DNA of 64,000 nt. Source: Candidatus Latescibacterota bacterium (GTDB lineage Bacteria > Latescibacterota > UBA2968 > UBA8231). Shown piece by piece: positions 31,224 to 41,037 of the stretch; position 1 is the stretch's first letter; each line of letters starts with the position of its first letter. The translations under genes were made by a program, and so were the position numbers. The DNA lies in contig CBDETY010000003.1 of the NCBI GenBank assembly GCA_965243025.1, positions 5,312,001 to 5,376,000 on the forward strand, given 5' to 3'. The notes beneath the pieces were generated by a model. That model was not told the DNA's origin, ran no database searches, and saw only the letters and a program-made list of their open reading frames with translations.

Positions 31224-32672
31224 ATGGCGACCCTGCATGGAACGACGGTAGACGCGGCAACGGGCGAGGCGATCGACGCCAAGGTCCACGTCCTCAGCTC
31301 GAGAGGCACCTTTCAGCATCCCGCCGACGCCCTGCTCAAGCGCGGACCCGGGACGCCGTTCTTCTTCGCCGACGGCTCCTTCGAGGTCGAGGTGCCGCGC
31401 GGCCGCACCGACGTGCTCGTCGAGCGCGGCAGCGAGTACGAACCTGCGCGCGTCGTGGTCGAGGCCCCGGAGAAGGGAGTCGTCGAGGTCGAGGTCGCGC
31501 TGCGGCGCTGGCACCACCCGCAGGAGGAGAACTGGTACCCCGGCAACACCCACATCCACTACGACGAAAAGGAAGCGCGTCCCGACGACCGCCTCGCCGT
31601 CGACTGCAGCGTCGAAGGGTACAACGTCACCGTCGTCAGCGTCCTCGACCGCCGCCAGCTGCCGTACGCGAGCAACAAGTACCCGATCGGGGTGATGAAC
31701 GAGTTCACCACCGCCCACCACGTCCTCGACATCGGCGAGGAGAACCGCCACTACGGCGAGAAGTCCCCCTGGGGCATGGGCTACGGTCACGTGATGTTCC
31801 TCAACATCCGCAACCTCGTGCAGCCGGTGAGCCGCGGCCACATCCTCACGGCGCAGTTCGACCCGGACTACCCCCCCTTGTGCTTCTGCTGCGACGACGC
31901 CCGCGGCCAGGGGGGCCTGGTGATCTGGTGCCACAACGGCCGCGGCATGGAGGCGCCGGTCGCCGCCGCCCTCGGCAAGCTCGACGCCTTCAATCTCTTC
32001 GACCCGTTCTGGATGGACCCGGAGTACGACCTGTGGTACAGGCTGCTCAACTGCGGCATCCGCCTGCCGGCCTCCACCGGGACGGACTGGTTCGTCTGCT
32101 CGAACAACCGCGTCTACGTGCAGACCTCGGAGGAGTTCTCCTACGCCGCCTGGATCGAGGGCATGAAGGCGGGGCGCACCTACATCACCAACGGGCCGGC
32201 GATCGACATGAAGGTCAACGGCGAGCCGATCGGTTCGACGGTGGCCTGCGCCGTGGGAGCGCGCGTCGAGGTCGAGGTTCCTTTCCGCAGCTGTTACCCG
32301 GTCGACTCGGTGGAGATCCTGGTCAACGGCAGCGTCGTGGAGCGGTGCGAGTTTCCCGGGGGCGCCCGCGAAGGCTCGCTGAGGGGGGAGGCGGCAGTGG
32401 AGGCGGACGGCTGGGTCGCCGCCCGGCTCTGGGGGAACTCGCGCGACAGCTTCGACCAGTCGATCTACGCCCACACCAGCCCCACGTACCTCGAGTGCGG
32501 CCGCTTTCAGCTCGAGCGGGAGGCCGACGCCCGCTTCTTCGTCGAGGGGGTGGATCAGTCGCTTTCCTGGATCGACACGGTCGGCCGCTACAACGACGAC
32601 CGCCAGCGCAACGACGTGAAGGAGCTGTTCCGCAGGGGCCGGGAGGCTTTCGAGGCCCTGTCCCGGCCTTAG
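31224..32672 (+). CDS. CehA/McbA family PHP-like metallohydrolase
   Basis: GNTHIH, WYRLLNCG, GTD, TYITNGP, YAHTSP. Confidence 0.82.
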   Translation: MATLHGTTVDAATGEAIDAKVHVLSSRGTFQHPADALLKRGPGTPFFFADGSFEVEVPRGRTDVLVERGSEYEPARVVVEAPEKGVVEVEVALRRWHHPQEENWYPGNTHIHYDEKEARPDDRLAVDCSVEGYNVTVVSVLDRRQLPYASNKYPIGVMNEFTTAHHVLDIGEENRHYGEKSPWGMGYGHVMFLNIRNLVQPVSRGHILTAQFDPDYPPLCFCCDDARGQGGLVIWCHNGRGMEAPVAAALGKLDAFNLFDPFWMDPEYDLWYRLLNCGIRLPASTGTDWFVCSNNRVYVQTSEEFSYAAWIEGMKAGRTYITNGPAIDMKVNGEPIGSTVACAVGARVEVEVPFRSCYPVDSVEILVNGSVVERCEFPGGAREGSLRGEAAVEADGWVAARLWGNSRDSFDQSIYAHTSPTYLECGRFQLEREADARFFVEGVDQSLSWIDTVGRYNDDRQRNDVKELFRRGREAFEALSRP

Positions 32673-32730
32673 CTGTTGGCCCCCGCCGGCCTTCCGGGTG
32701 GACGGGCAGCCTCGTGTGGCTGAGGCCGCC

Positions 32731-33666
32731 TCAGTGTGACAGGAACCGCTCCGCCTCGATAGCCGCCATGCAGCCGGTGCCGGCCGCGGTCACGGCCTGG
32801 CGGTACACGTGGTCCTGGGCGTCGCCGCAGACGAACACCCCGGGGATGTTGGTCGCCGTCGAGTCCGGGGCGGTGACGATGTAGCCGTTCCCGTCCATGT
32901 CGAGGAGCCCTTCGAACAGCTGCGTGTTGGGGACGTGGCCGATCGCCATGAACACCCCCCCGCAGTCCCGCTCCCAGGTCTCGCCGGTGTCGGGGTTCCT
33001 CAGGCGCACTCCGCTTACCGCCAACTCGCCGTTCGGCGACAGGATCTCCTCGACCACCGCCGGGGTGACGAAGTCGATCTTCGGGTTGTCCCGGGCGCGC
33101 TTGAGCATGATCCGCGAGGCGCGGAACCCGGAGCGGCGGTGCACGACGCTGACCCTGCTGGCGAACTTGGTGAGGAAGGTCGCCTCCTCCATGGCCGAGT
33201 CGCCGCCCCCGACGACGACCAGCTCCTTGTCGCGGAAGAAGAAGCCGTCGCAGGTGGCGCAGGCGGAGACCCCGTGGCCCATCAGGCGGGTCTCCGATTC
33301 GATTCCGAGGAGCCGCGCCGAGGCCCCGGTGGCGACGATCACGGCGTCCGCGGTGTAAACGGCGCCCTCGGCGTCGACGCGGAACGGGGTCCCCGAGAAA
33401 TCGACCGCGGTGGCGGTCCTGTAGAGGCACTGCGCCCCGAAGCGCACCGCCTGGGCCCGGAACTTGTCCATCATCTCCGGCCCCATGATGCCCTCGGGAA
33501 AGCCGGGATAGTTCTCGACGTCGGTGGTGATCGTCAGCTGTCCGCCGGGCTGGGCTCCCTCGAGCACGAGGGGGGCGAGGTCGGCCCGGGCGCTGTAGAG
33601 GGCGGCGGTGAATCCTGCGGGCCCCGACCCTATGATGAGGACGCGGTGGTGGTTCTCTTCAGACAT
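32731..33666 (-). CDS. trxB: Thioredoxin reductase
   Basis: [37 protein letters not shown]. Confidence 0.97.
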   Translation of the reverse strand: MSEENHHRVLIIGSGPAGFTAALYSARADLAPLVLEGAQPGGQLTITTDVENYPGFPEGIMGPEMMDKFRAQAVRFGAQCLYRTATAVDFSGTPFRVDAEGAVYTADAVIVATGASARLLGIESETRLMGHGVSACATCDGFFFRDKELVVVGGGDSAMEEATFLTKFASRVSVVHRRSGFRASRIMLKRARDNPKIDFVTPAVVEEILSPNGELAVSGVRLRNPDTGETWERDCGGVFMAIGHVPNTQLFEGLLDMDGNGYIVTAPDSTATNIPGVFVCGDAQDHVYRQAVTAAGTGCMAAIEAERFLSH

Positions 33667-33819
33667 TGTCCTGGCCGGAAAGGGAAAGTGGTTGGAGGAA
33701 TCGCGAGCGGCATACGGCGGTGCATCGGTCAGTCAACAACGTCGTTTCCAGGTTCCTTCCGGAGCCGGAAATGGGTCCATCGATGGCCTCGCCAACAGAC
33801 GGGAACCGGCAAGGCCCCC

Positions 33820-34854
33820 TCAGGCGATGCGGTACGGGACCTGCCGGCCCTCGAGCCCGGCGAACAGGTTGTCCACCGACATGCGCGACATCGCGTCGCG
33901 GGTCTGCCTCGTGGCGCTGCCGAGATGGGGGGCGATCACCAGGTTGTCGAGGGCCAGCAGCGGGTGGTCGCGCGGCAGCGGCTCGGGCTCGGTGACGTCG
34001 AGGGCGGCGGCGAAAATGCGCCGCTCCGTCAGGGTTTCCAGCAGGGCGTCGTGGTCGATCACGCCGCCCCGGGCGATGTTGATCAGCACCGCGGTCGGCT
34101 TCATCAGCCCCAGCTCGCCGGACCCGATCATGCCGCGGGTCTCGTCGTTCAGGGGCATGCACAGCATGACGAAATCCGAGCCGGACAGCAGCTCGTCGAG
34201 GGGAACCTTGCGGGCGCCGAGATCCCGCTCCGCCCTCTCGTTGCGGGTGCGGTTGTGGTAGAGAACGGGCATGTCGAAGGCGACGGCGCGCCTGGCGACC
34301 TGGTAGCCGATGCGGCCGAGCCCGACGATGCCCAGGGTCGCCCCGGTCACCATCTGCCCCAGCAGGATGGCCGGGTCGTAGACGGTGAAGTCCGGGCCCC
34401 GGGCGAAATGCTCGCCGACGACGAGGTTGCGGGCGGCGGCCATCATCAGGGTGATTCCCTGGTCCGCGGTGGTCGTGTCGAGCACGCCGGGGGTGTTGCC
34501 GACCGGCAGGCCGAGCTGCCTGGCCCCTTCCAGGTCTATGTGGTCGCACCCGACCCCGAAGTTGCTGATGATCCGAAGTTTCGGCATGCGGGCCATGAGG
34601 CCGCGGTCGACCCACATGTGGCTGTACACGTAGATCGCCTCGACCGCGTCGAAACGGGTGTCCGGCTCCGGTTCGGGCCGCGTCCACATCTTTATTTCGC
34701 AACGGTCTCCGAACAGGGGGATGATCCCCTCGTAGGGCTCGGTATCCGCCTGGAACAGCACCTGGTAGGGCAACAGCGATTCTCCCGCGTTCGACTCGAT
34801 GGCGGTCCGGTCTGGAAGGGCTGTCGAATATAGGTGGGCTCCCGGGTCCAGCAA
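33820..34854 (-). CDS. D-2-hydroxyacid (glyoxylate/hydroxypyruvate) reductase; true start may be downstream of 34854
   Basis: GLGRIG, INIARG, LDVTEPEP, PHLGSA. Confidence 0.88.
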   Translation of the reverse strand: MLDPGAHLYSTALPDRTAIESNAGESLLPYQVLFQADTEPYEGIIPLFGDRCEIKMWTRPEPEPDTRFDAVEAIYVYSHMWVDRGLMARMPKLRIISNFGVGCDHIDLEGARQLGLPVGNTPGVLDTTTADQGITLMMAAARNLVVGEHFARGPDFTVYDPAILLGQMVTGATLGIVGLGRIGYQVARRAVAFDMPVLYHNRTRNERAERDLGARKVPLDELLSGSDFVMLCMPLNDETRGMIGSGELGLMKPTAVLINIARGGVIDHDALLETLTERRIFAAALDVTEPEPLPRDHPLLALDNLVIAPHLGSATRQTRDAMSRMSVDNLFAGLEGRQVPYRIA

Positions 34855-34966
34855 GAAAGCCGGATGCGCAGCGGCCAGCCGCCACCCGTTGACGGGAAGG
34901 GGGAGACGCCCTCAGTTTGGAGCCAATCCGGAACCTGCCGGGCAACAGCCGCAAAAGCCGCAAACC

Positions 34967-35782
34967 ATGCTGATTCCCAACCCCCGCGGGCACTACCATT
35001 TCCTCAAGGGGATCGAGCCGTACTCGGCCGGCGTCATCGCCGATCCCGGATTCGAGATCGTTCACGTGACGCTGCGCGATCAGAACGTCGACTGGCGCAA
35101 CGGGTTCGACCTCATCGAGGCGCGGTTGCAGACGGAGGGCATCGAGCGCTCCGCCCTGTGCGGCGTCGAGCTGCGTTCCCCTGCTCCCTTCACCATGCCC
35201 GGATTCATCTCGTTCAACGACGGCTACTGCGGCGTGCTGGAACAGTGGGGGCTGTACGTCGGCGACATGAACCCGGTAGCGCGCACCAACGTCGCGCCTC
35301 ATTACTCTCCCCCGGAGTCGCCGACCCTGTACGGATTCTCCTACGTCATCCCCACCGACGAATCGGTGCCCCCGACCCTGGTGATCGCCGGGGCCGGGGA
35401 GTTGCGCGACGGCATTCTCGACGAGCGGGGGATCGTCCGCGCCGGCGATACCGGTCCGGAAGCGATCGCGGAGAAAGCCGCATTCGTCATGAAGGTGATG
35501 GAGGAACGGCTCCACGGGCTGGGCGCCCGCTGGGACCTGCTGCACGTGATCAACATCTACACGGTGCACCCCATCGACGACATCGTCGAACGCGTCATCC
35601 TCAACCGGCTCGGACCTGCCCGCGGCCGCGGCCTTCACTGGCACCGCAGCCTGCCTCCCGTCGAGGGTATCGAGTTCGAGATGGACATGAGAGGGGTTCG
35701 GCAGGAGTTGTTCAGCCAATCGGGGTTCGGTCAGTTGCAGTTGAGGGTCCATTCCCCGGCAGCGCAGTCCGCGCCGGCGTAA
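34967..35782 (+). CDS. CnbZ-like (2-amino-5-chloromuconate deaminase / Rid-fold) protein
   Basis: PYSAGV, ELRSPAPF, NPVARTNVAP, IEFEMD recalled as family motifs. Confidence 0.65.
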   Translation: MLIPNPRGHYHFLKGIEPYSAGVIADPGFEIVHVTLRDQNVDWRNGFDLIEARLQTEGIERSALCGVELRSPAPFTMPGFISFNDGYCGVLEQWGLYVGDMNPVARTNVAPHYSPPESPTLYGFSYVIPTDESVPPTLVIAGAGELRDGILDERGIVRAGDTGPEAIAEKAAFVMKVMEERLHGLGARWDLLHVINIYTVHPIDDIVERVILNRLGPARGRGLHWHRSLPPVEGIEFEMDMRGVRQELFSQSGFGQLQLRVHSPAAQSAPA

Positions 35783-35910
35783 TCCTATCATTTTCCGGCC
35801 CTTCCGGCCGCCCCTATCTTTTTCAAGCCCCTTGGTAAAGTTGCTCTGCAGGCCGCGGCCCGGATGGACTTTTTCAACGGGCTGTCAGCACTGCCAGGAG
35901 AAATGAAACG

Positions 35911-36774
35911 ATGAGACTGGGTGTCTGCGGCATGGTGCCTGGGGACTTTCGCGAGATCGAAGAATCGCATCTCGAGGCGGTCCGCGCCCTCGACCTGACC
36001 GCGGTGGCCTTTCACGGCGACGGCGAGCGCCTGCCGGATGTGACCCCGTCGGAGTGCCGCCGGGTGCGCGGCAGGATCGCCGGGGCCGGGCTCGAGCTGC
36101 CGCAGTTCGGCATCGGCTTCGGCGAGTGCCTTTTCGATCCCGACGCCGAGGTCAGGCGGCGGGTTATCGCGAAGATCGAGCGCGGCATCGAGGTCGGGGT
36201 GATGCTGAACACCCACGCGACTCTGATCCGAACCGGCAGCCTCAACCCGGCCGGCTCCTACAGCCCGGCGCGGGAAAACCACGAACCGGAATGCCGGGAG
36301 CGTCTCGTCGACACCCTGGGCAGCGTCGCCCGCAAGGCGGAAGCCGAGGGGATGACCATAGTCATCGAGACCCATCTCCTCACCATCATGAACTCTCCGG
36401 AGACCAACGCCGAGGTGGTGGCGGCCGTGGGGTCGGACCGCATCCGGGTCGTCATGGACTTCGTCAACCACTTCCAGACAGTGGCCCAGGTCTTCGACAG
36501 CACACCGCGGCTCGATCACATCTTCGACGTCATGGGGGAGATCGCGCCGGTCGGCCACGTCAAGGACATCCGCGTCGACTCCGGCCTGGTGCTGCATCTC
36601 AACGAAGAGGTTCCGGGCGAGGGGGAGCTCGACCTGGGGACGGCCCTGCGGCGCTGGCACCGGCTGCACCCGGACGGCTACATGCTGCTCGAGCACCTGC
36701 CGGCCGAGAAGTACCCGCGCGCCGCGGCGAACGTGCGACGGATCGCCCGCGAAGCCGGGGTGGAAATCCACTGA
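35911..36774 (+). CDS. Sugar phosphate isomerase/epimerase (AP_endonuc_2 TIM barrel)
   Basis: IVIETH, MDFVNH, HVKD, PGEGELD, LEH; AGGAG RBS. Confidence 0.85.
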   Translation: MRLGVCGMVPGDFREIEESHLEAVRALDLTAVAFHGDGERLPDVTPSECRRVRGRIAGAGLELPQFGIGFGECLFDPDAEVRRRVIAKIERGIEVGVMLNTHATLIRTGSLNPAGSYSPARENHEPECRERLVDTLGSVARKAEAEGMTIVIETHLLTIMNSPETNAEVVAAVGSDRIRVVMDFVNHFQTVAQVFDSTPRLDHIFDVMGEIAPVGHVKDIRVDSGLVLHLNEEVPGEGELDLGTALRRWHRLHPDGYMLLEHLPAEKYPRAAANVRRIAREAGVEIH

Positions 36775-36880
36775 GACCGCAACAGATTCATCGAACCACG
36801 GCGGTGCAACCGTAGAGGCCGGGGAACCCGGCCTGCGACTCGCCTGTCCCGCCGCCGCTTTAACGGAAACAGGAGCAGCA

Positions 36881-38077
36881 ATGATCAGACCTCACGGAGC
36901 GGAGACGCTCAATCCGCGCATTGTCGGCGACGCCGACCGGGCCGGCCTGGAAGCCGAGGCCGCGGACCTTCCCTCGGTGGTCGCCGCCTCGGGGGCCGCG
37001 GCTTCCGCGGTGATGCTGGCCTCGGGCTACTTCACCCCCTGCGACGGCTTCATGGACCTCGAGACCTCCCTGTCGGTCGCCGCGGACATGCGGCTGCCGG
37101 AAAGCGGGCTGCTGTGGCCGGTTCCAGTCGTCAACATCCTGCCGGCGAGCCAGCTGCCGCGCGGGCTGCAGTCCGGGGCGCGGCTGGCCCTGCGCGACCC
37201 CAACGTCGCCGGCAATCCGGTGCTGGCCGTGCAGGAGGTGACCGGGATCAGCGAGCTGACCGCCGACGACCGGGCGGCGATGGTCGAGAACGTCTTCCGC
37301 ACCTCCGATCCCGCCCACCCGGGGGTCGCCGCCTTCACGGCGATGGGGGATACCCTGCTCGCCGGGCCGGTCGAGGTCCTCAACTACTCCTACTTCGCCG
37401 ATGACTTCCCCGAAACCTTCCGCACCGCCGGCGAGATCCGCGCCGGGTTCGAGGAACGGGGCTGGGAGAAGGTGGTCGCCTTCCAGACGCGCAACCCCAT
37501 GCACCGGGCGCACGAGGAGCTGTGCCGCATGGCCCTGGAAGCGGTCGGCGCCGACGGCCTGCTGATCCACATGCTGCTCGGCAAGCTCAAGCCGGGAGAC
37601 ATTCCCGCCGACGTGAGAGACGCGTCGATCCGCAAGATGGTCGAGCTCTACTTTCCCCCGAACTCGGCGATGGTGACCGGCTACGGCTTCGACATGCTCT
37701 ACGCCGGCCCGCGCGAGGCGGTCCTGCACGCCATCTTCCGTCAGAACGCAGGCTGCACCCACCTGATCGTCGGCCGCGACCACGCCGGCGTCGGCGACTA
37801 CTACGGGGCCTTCGACGCCCAGACCATCTTCGACGACATCCCCGGGGACGCCCTGGAGATCGAGATCTTTCGGGGGGACCACACGGTCTGGTGCAACGAG
37901 TGCGGCGCCGTCGTGATGATCAGGGACTGCCCGCACGAGTCCGACGCCTACCTCATGCTGTCCGGCACGAAAGTCAGGGACATGCTGGCCGCCGGGGAAG
38001 CGCTGCCGCCCGAGTTCGCCCGTCCCGAGGTGGCCGCGATCCTGGCGGAGTACTACCAGCAGGAGGAAGCCGGCTGA
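36881..38077 (+). CDS. sat: Sulfate adenylyltransferase (ATP sulfurylase)
   Basis: FQTRNPMHRAHE, YAGPREAVLHA, VGRDHAGVG. Confidence 0.96.
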   Translation: MIRPHGAETLNPRIVGDADRAGLEAEAADLPSVVAASGAAASAVMLASGYFTPCDGFMDLETSLSVAADMRLPESGLLWPVPVVNILPASQLPRGLQSGARLALRDPNVAGNPVLAVQEVTGISELTADDRAAMVENVFRTSDPAHPGVAAFTAMGDTLLAGPVEVLNYSYFADDFPETFRTAGEIRAGFEERGWEKVVAFQTRNPMHRAHEELCRMALEAVGADGLLIHMLLGKLKPGDIPADVRDASIRKMVELYFPPNSAMVTGYGFDMLYAGPREAVLHAIFRQNAGCTHLIVGRDHAGVGDYYGAFDAQTIFDDIPGDALEIEIFRGDHTVWCNECGAVVMIRDCPHESDAYLMLSGTKVRDMLAAGEALPPEFARPEVAAILAEYYQQEEAG

Positions 38078-38099
38078 GAGCCGGCCTCTGAGCAAGCGG

Positions 38100-39107
38100 C
38101 TACGGCCTCTGCACGGCGCTGTCGCGGCGCTCGTGCATGTTCTTCTCCATGGACTCCGGGTAGCGGTCCGGAAGGCGGGAGACTTCGTCCAGCCTGCCTC
38201 TGGCACCGGGGTCGAGAGTCCAGCCGGCGGCCTGCACGTTGTCGGCGAACTGCCCGAGAGTGCGCGCCCCGGCGATCACGGAGGTGACGGCGGGCTGTTC
38301 GAGGACCCAGCGCAGGGCGACCTGCGAGGGGGACCTGCCGGCCTCGGCGGCGACCTCGAGCAGGCACTGCAGCGACTCGTCGGCGTTGGCTGCGAAGTAG
38401 CTCTCGGGATATGCCCAGCCCTCCTCGGACCGGGTGCCCCGCACGGTGCGTTCCCCGGGGCGGTACTTCCCCGTGAGGAACCCCCCTCCCAGCGGACTCC
38501 AGACCACCACCCCCAGCCCCTTGTGCAGGCAGAGCGGGATCAGCTCCTGCTCGATGTCCCGGACCACGAGGCTGTACTGGGGCTGGAAGCACTCGAAGCG
38601 GGCCCAGTCGTTGGCGTCGCTGACCCACAACGCCTCGCACAGGCGCCAGGCCTGGTAGTTGCTGCAGGCGGTGTAGCGGACCTTGCCCTGGCGCACGAGG
38701 TCGTCGAGGGCGCGCAGCATCTCCTCCAAGGGGGTCTGCGTGTCGACGTGGTGGATGTAGTAGAGGTCGACGTGGTCCATGCGCAGGCGGCGCAGGCTCG
38801 CTTCGACGGCCTGCATGACGTGCAGCCGCGACATCCCCGAATCGTTGGGGCCGGTTCCCATCGGGTTGAAGAACTTGGTCGCCACCACGGCGTCGTCGCG
38901 GCGCCCCTCGAGGGCCCTGCCGAGCAGCACCTCCGACTCCCCCTCCCCGTAGGAGTTGGCGGTGTCGAAGAAGTTGACCCCGGCGTCGATGGCGGCGTCG
39001 ACGATCCGCCCCGACTCCGCCTCGCCGGTGCCGTGCCCGAAGGTCATGGTGCCGAGGCAGATCTCCGAAACCTTGAGGCCGGTGCGCCCCATTCTCCTGT
39101 ATTCCAT
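38100..39107 (-). CDS. Aldo/keto reductase
   Basis: LGTMTFG, FDTANSYG, ATK, QPQYSL, WSPLGGG. Confidence 0.93.
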   Translation of the reverse strand: MEYRRMGRTGLKVSEICLGTMTFGHGTGEAESGRIVDAAIDAGVNFFDTANSYGEGESEVLLGRALEGRRDDAVVATKFFNPMGTGPNDSGMSRLHVMQAVEASLRRLRMDHVDLYYIHHVDTQTPLEEMLRALDDLVRQGKVRYTACSNYQAWRLCEALWVSDANDWARFECFQPQYSLVVRDIEQELIPLCLHKGLGVVVWSPLGGGFLTGKYRPGERTVRGTRSEEGWAYPESYFAANADESLQCLLEVAAEAGRSPSQVALRWVLEQPAVTSVIAGARTLGQFADNVQAAGWTLDPGARGRLDEVSRLPDRYPESMEKNMHERRDSAVQRP

Positions 39108-39145
39108 CGCCGCGTCTCCTTTTGGAATTCGTTGTTCCCTGACGG

Positions 39146-40210
39146 TCAGGCGCGGTAGCGGTCCTCGTCTTCCGGTTCGGCGGCGACCTCGGCGAGCGCG
39201 ACTCCGAGGGCGCTTCCGCACTCCTCCAGCTCCGCCCAGGTACGGCGCGGGATCTCGATGCCGCCGCGCAGGCGCTCGACCCGGCTGCGGTGCTCGAAAT
39301 CGCCGGGAACGATCACCTCGTCGAAGCCGGGGGCCGGCGGTGTCGACTTGACGCGGTCGAGAAAGGCCCGCGCGGCCTCCCGGTACGGTTCCAGCGGCGT
39401 CATGCCCTCGACGTTCATCACCAGCATGACGTGGCCGAGGATGCGCCCCTCTCCCGCCTCGTGGTCTCCCGACAGCCCGCACAGCAGCCCGACGAGCAGC
39501 GACAGGGCGTATCCCTTGTGGCCGCCGAAGCCGGGCAGGTTTCCGCCCTCGAAGTAGGCTTCCGGGTCGTCGCTTGGGTTGCCTTCCCGGTCGACGATGA
39601 AGCGGCCGGGCAGGGGCAGGCCGCGGCTGCGGGCGAGCAGGGCCTTGCTGATGGCTATCCTGCTGGTGGCGTAGTCGAGGACGAAGGGCGGTCCCTCCGC
39701 GGTGGGGATCCCCGCGGCGATCGGGTTGGTCCCCAGGGCCCCTTCGGCGCCCCCCCAGGGAAGCGTGCAGGAGCCGCTGCCGCCGTAGAGGACGATGCCG
39801 ATGAACCCCTCCCGGGCCGCCATCTCCGCGTACTCCCCGAGCCGCCCCATGTGCTGGATGCGGCGGAAGCTGGCGCGGCAGATTTCCTGTTCCGCGGCCT
39901 TCTCGAGCAGCCTCCTCATGCCCCAGCGGGCAACGTAATGTCCGTGGCCGTCGCGGCCGTCGATGACCAGACTGGCCGCCGTCTCCCTGACGACCTCCGG
40001 CTCGGCGCCGGCGTCGAGCTGTCCGTCGGCAATCGATTTCAGGTAGCGCGGCAGGTGGAGGACCCCGTGGGAGTCGTGGCCCGCGAGGTTTGAGTTGACG
40101 AGCACTTCGGCGACGGCGTCGGCGATGTGCCTCGGCGTGGCCGCGGCCATCAGCAGACGGCGGATGAGGGCGTGAAGCCCGGGGGCCGTCAGTCTTGTCG
40201 AGGGGGACAT
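39146..40210 (-). CDS. Ldh_2 family dehydrogenase
   Basis: GHDSHG, HMGRLG, TNPIAAG, LDYATS, HKGYAL. Confidence 0.9.
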   Translation of the reverse strand: MSPSTRLTAPGLHALIRRLLMAAATPRHIADAVAEVLVNSNLAGHDSHGVLHLPRYLKSIADGQLDAGAEPEVVRETAASLVIDGRDGHGHYVARWGMRRLLEKAAEQEICRASFRRIQHMGRLGEYAEMAAREGFIGIVLYGGSGSCTLPWGGAEGALGTNPIAAGIPTAEGPPFVLDYATSRIAISKALLARSRGLPLPGRFIVDREGNPSDDPEAYFEGGNLPGFGGHKGYALSLLVGLLCGLSGDHEAGEGRILGHVMLVMNVEGMTPLEPYREAARAFLDRVKSTPPAPGFDEVIVPGDFEHRSRVERLRGGIEIPRRTWAELEECGSALGVALAEVAAEPEDEDRYRA

Positions 40211-40342
40211 TTTCGGTGCTCCACCAGGTGTGGTGGCGATAATCTCTTCCGGCGGGGCGCCGCTGCCAAATCGTGCGGGCAGGCAGGAAGACGTGGCAGG
40301 GGAATGCAGGTGGCCCTGGATCGTCTGAATCCTCTGCGGCGG

Positions 40343-40714
40343 TCATCCCCGGGCAAGGAAATGAATAACGAACCCGACGATACCGCCTGCGGCACCGCTG
40401 AGGGTGAGAACCAGCCCGATAACCTTCCACATGGTTTCGACCCCCATCTTGCCGGTCAACCCGGTGGCAAGCGTCTTGATGTCCCCGGCCTGGCGATGCA
40501 AGTCATCCTGAACGGCGTGCATCAGCAGATCGACGGTTTCCTTGTCCGATTTCTTTTCGATCTCGTGCTCGATAATGGAAAGACGAGTCTGAACCTCGCG
40601 GCGGTAATCTTCGAGGATGCCGCGGAATTCGTTGCGCCAGGTGTCGAATGTGTGGGCGAGGAGGCGCTCCCCCTGCTCACAGTCGAGGTCCGTGGAGAAA
40701 TGTGGTTTTTCCAT
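40343..40714 (-). CDS. Small coiled-coil protein with C-terminal membrane anchor
   Basis: 123 aa; helical charged body and VIGLVLTLSGAAGGIVGFVIHF tail; AAGGA before ATG; island promoter motif upstream. Confidence 0.7.
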   Translation of the reverse strand: MEKPHFSTDLDCEQGERLLAHTFDTWRNEFRGILEDYRREVQTRLSIIEHEIEKKSDKETVDLLMHAVQDDLHRQAGDIKTLATGLTGKMGVETMWKVIGLVLTLSGAAGGIVGFVIHFLARG

Positions 40715-40830
40715 CGAGATCCTTCGTTTGAGTGAAATCAGACATCCGGATTCGCCTGAACCCAGTTGGAGATTTCAAGGGGAGTATGGAGATCCTGTGG
40801 TCAGGCCAACCCAATGCTTCAGGGGGTACT

Positions 40831-40856
40831 TACCGGATCGGGGGATAGGGTGTCGG
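40831..40856 (-). promoter_or_regulatory. CCGACAC-N13-CCGGTA motif, copy 1
   Basis: reverse complement of taccgg-N13-gtgtcgg; points toward 40714 gene. Confidence 0.65.
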
Positions 40857-40910
40857 AGACGCGGCAAAAGGAAAAAAAGTCTCTTAGAAAGGACCTCCCC
40901 ACAAAAAAAA

Positions 40911-40936
40911 CCGACACTTTTTCCGGGGTTCCGGTT
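40911..40936 (+). promoter_or_regulatory. CCGACAC-N13-CCGGTT motif, copy 2
   Basis: about 100 nt upstream of 41038 gene; divergent from copy 1. Confidence 0.65.
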
Positions 40937-41037
40937 AGTAAACACTTGCATCAACAAAACCCCGGCCGAGCGGAGCGTAACAAAACAGTTGTGACATCCC
41001 GCGGCCACCACACCCATAATAGGGGAGAACTTGAACC

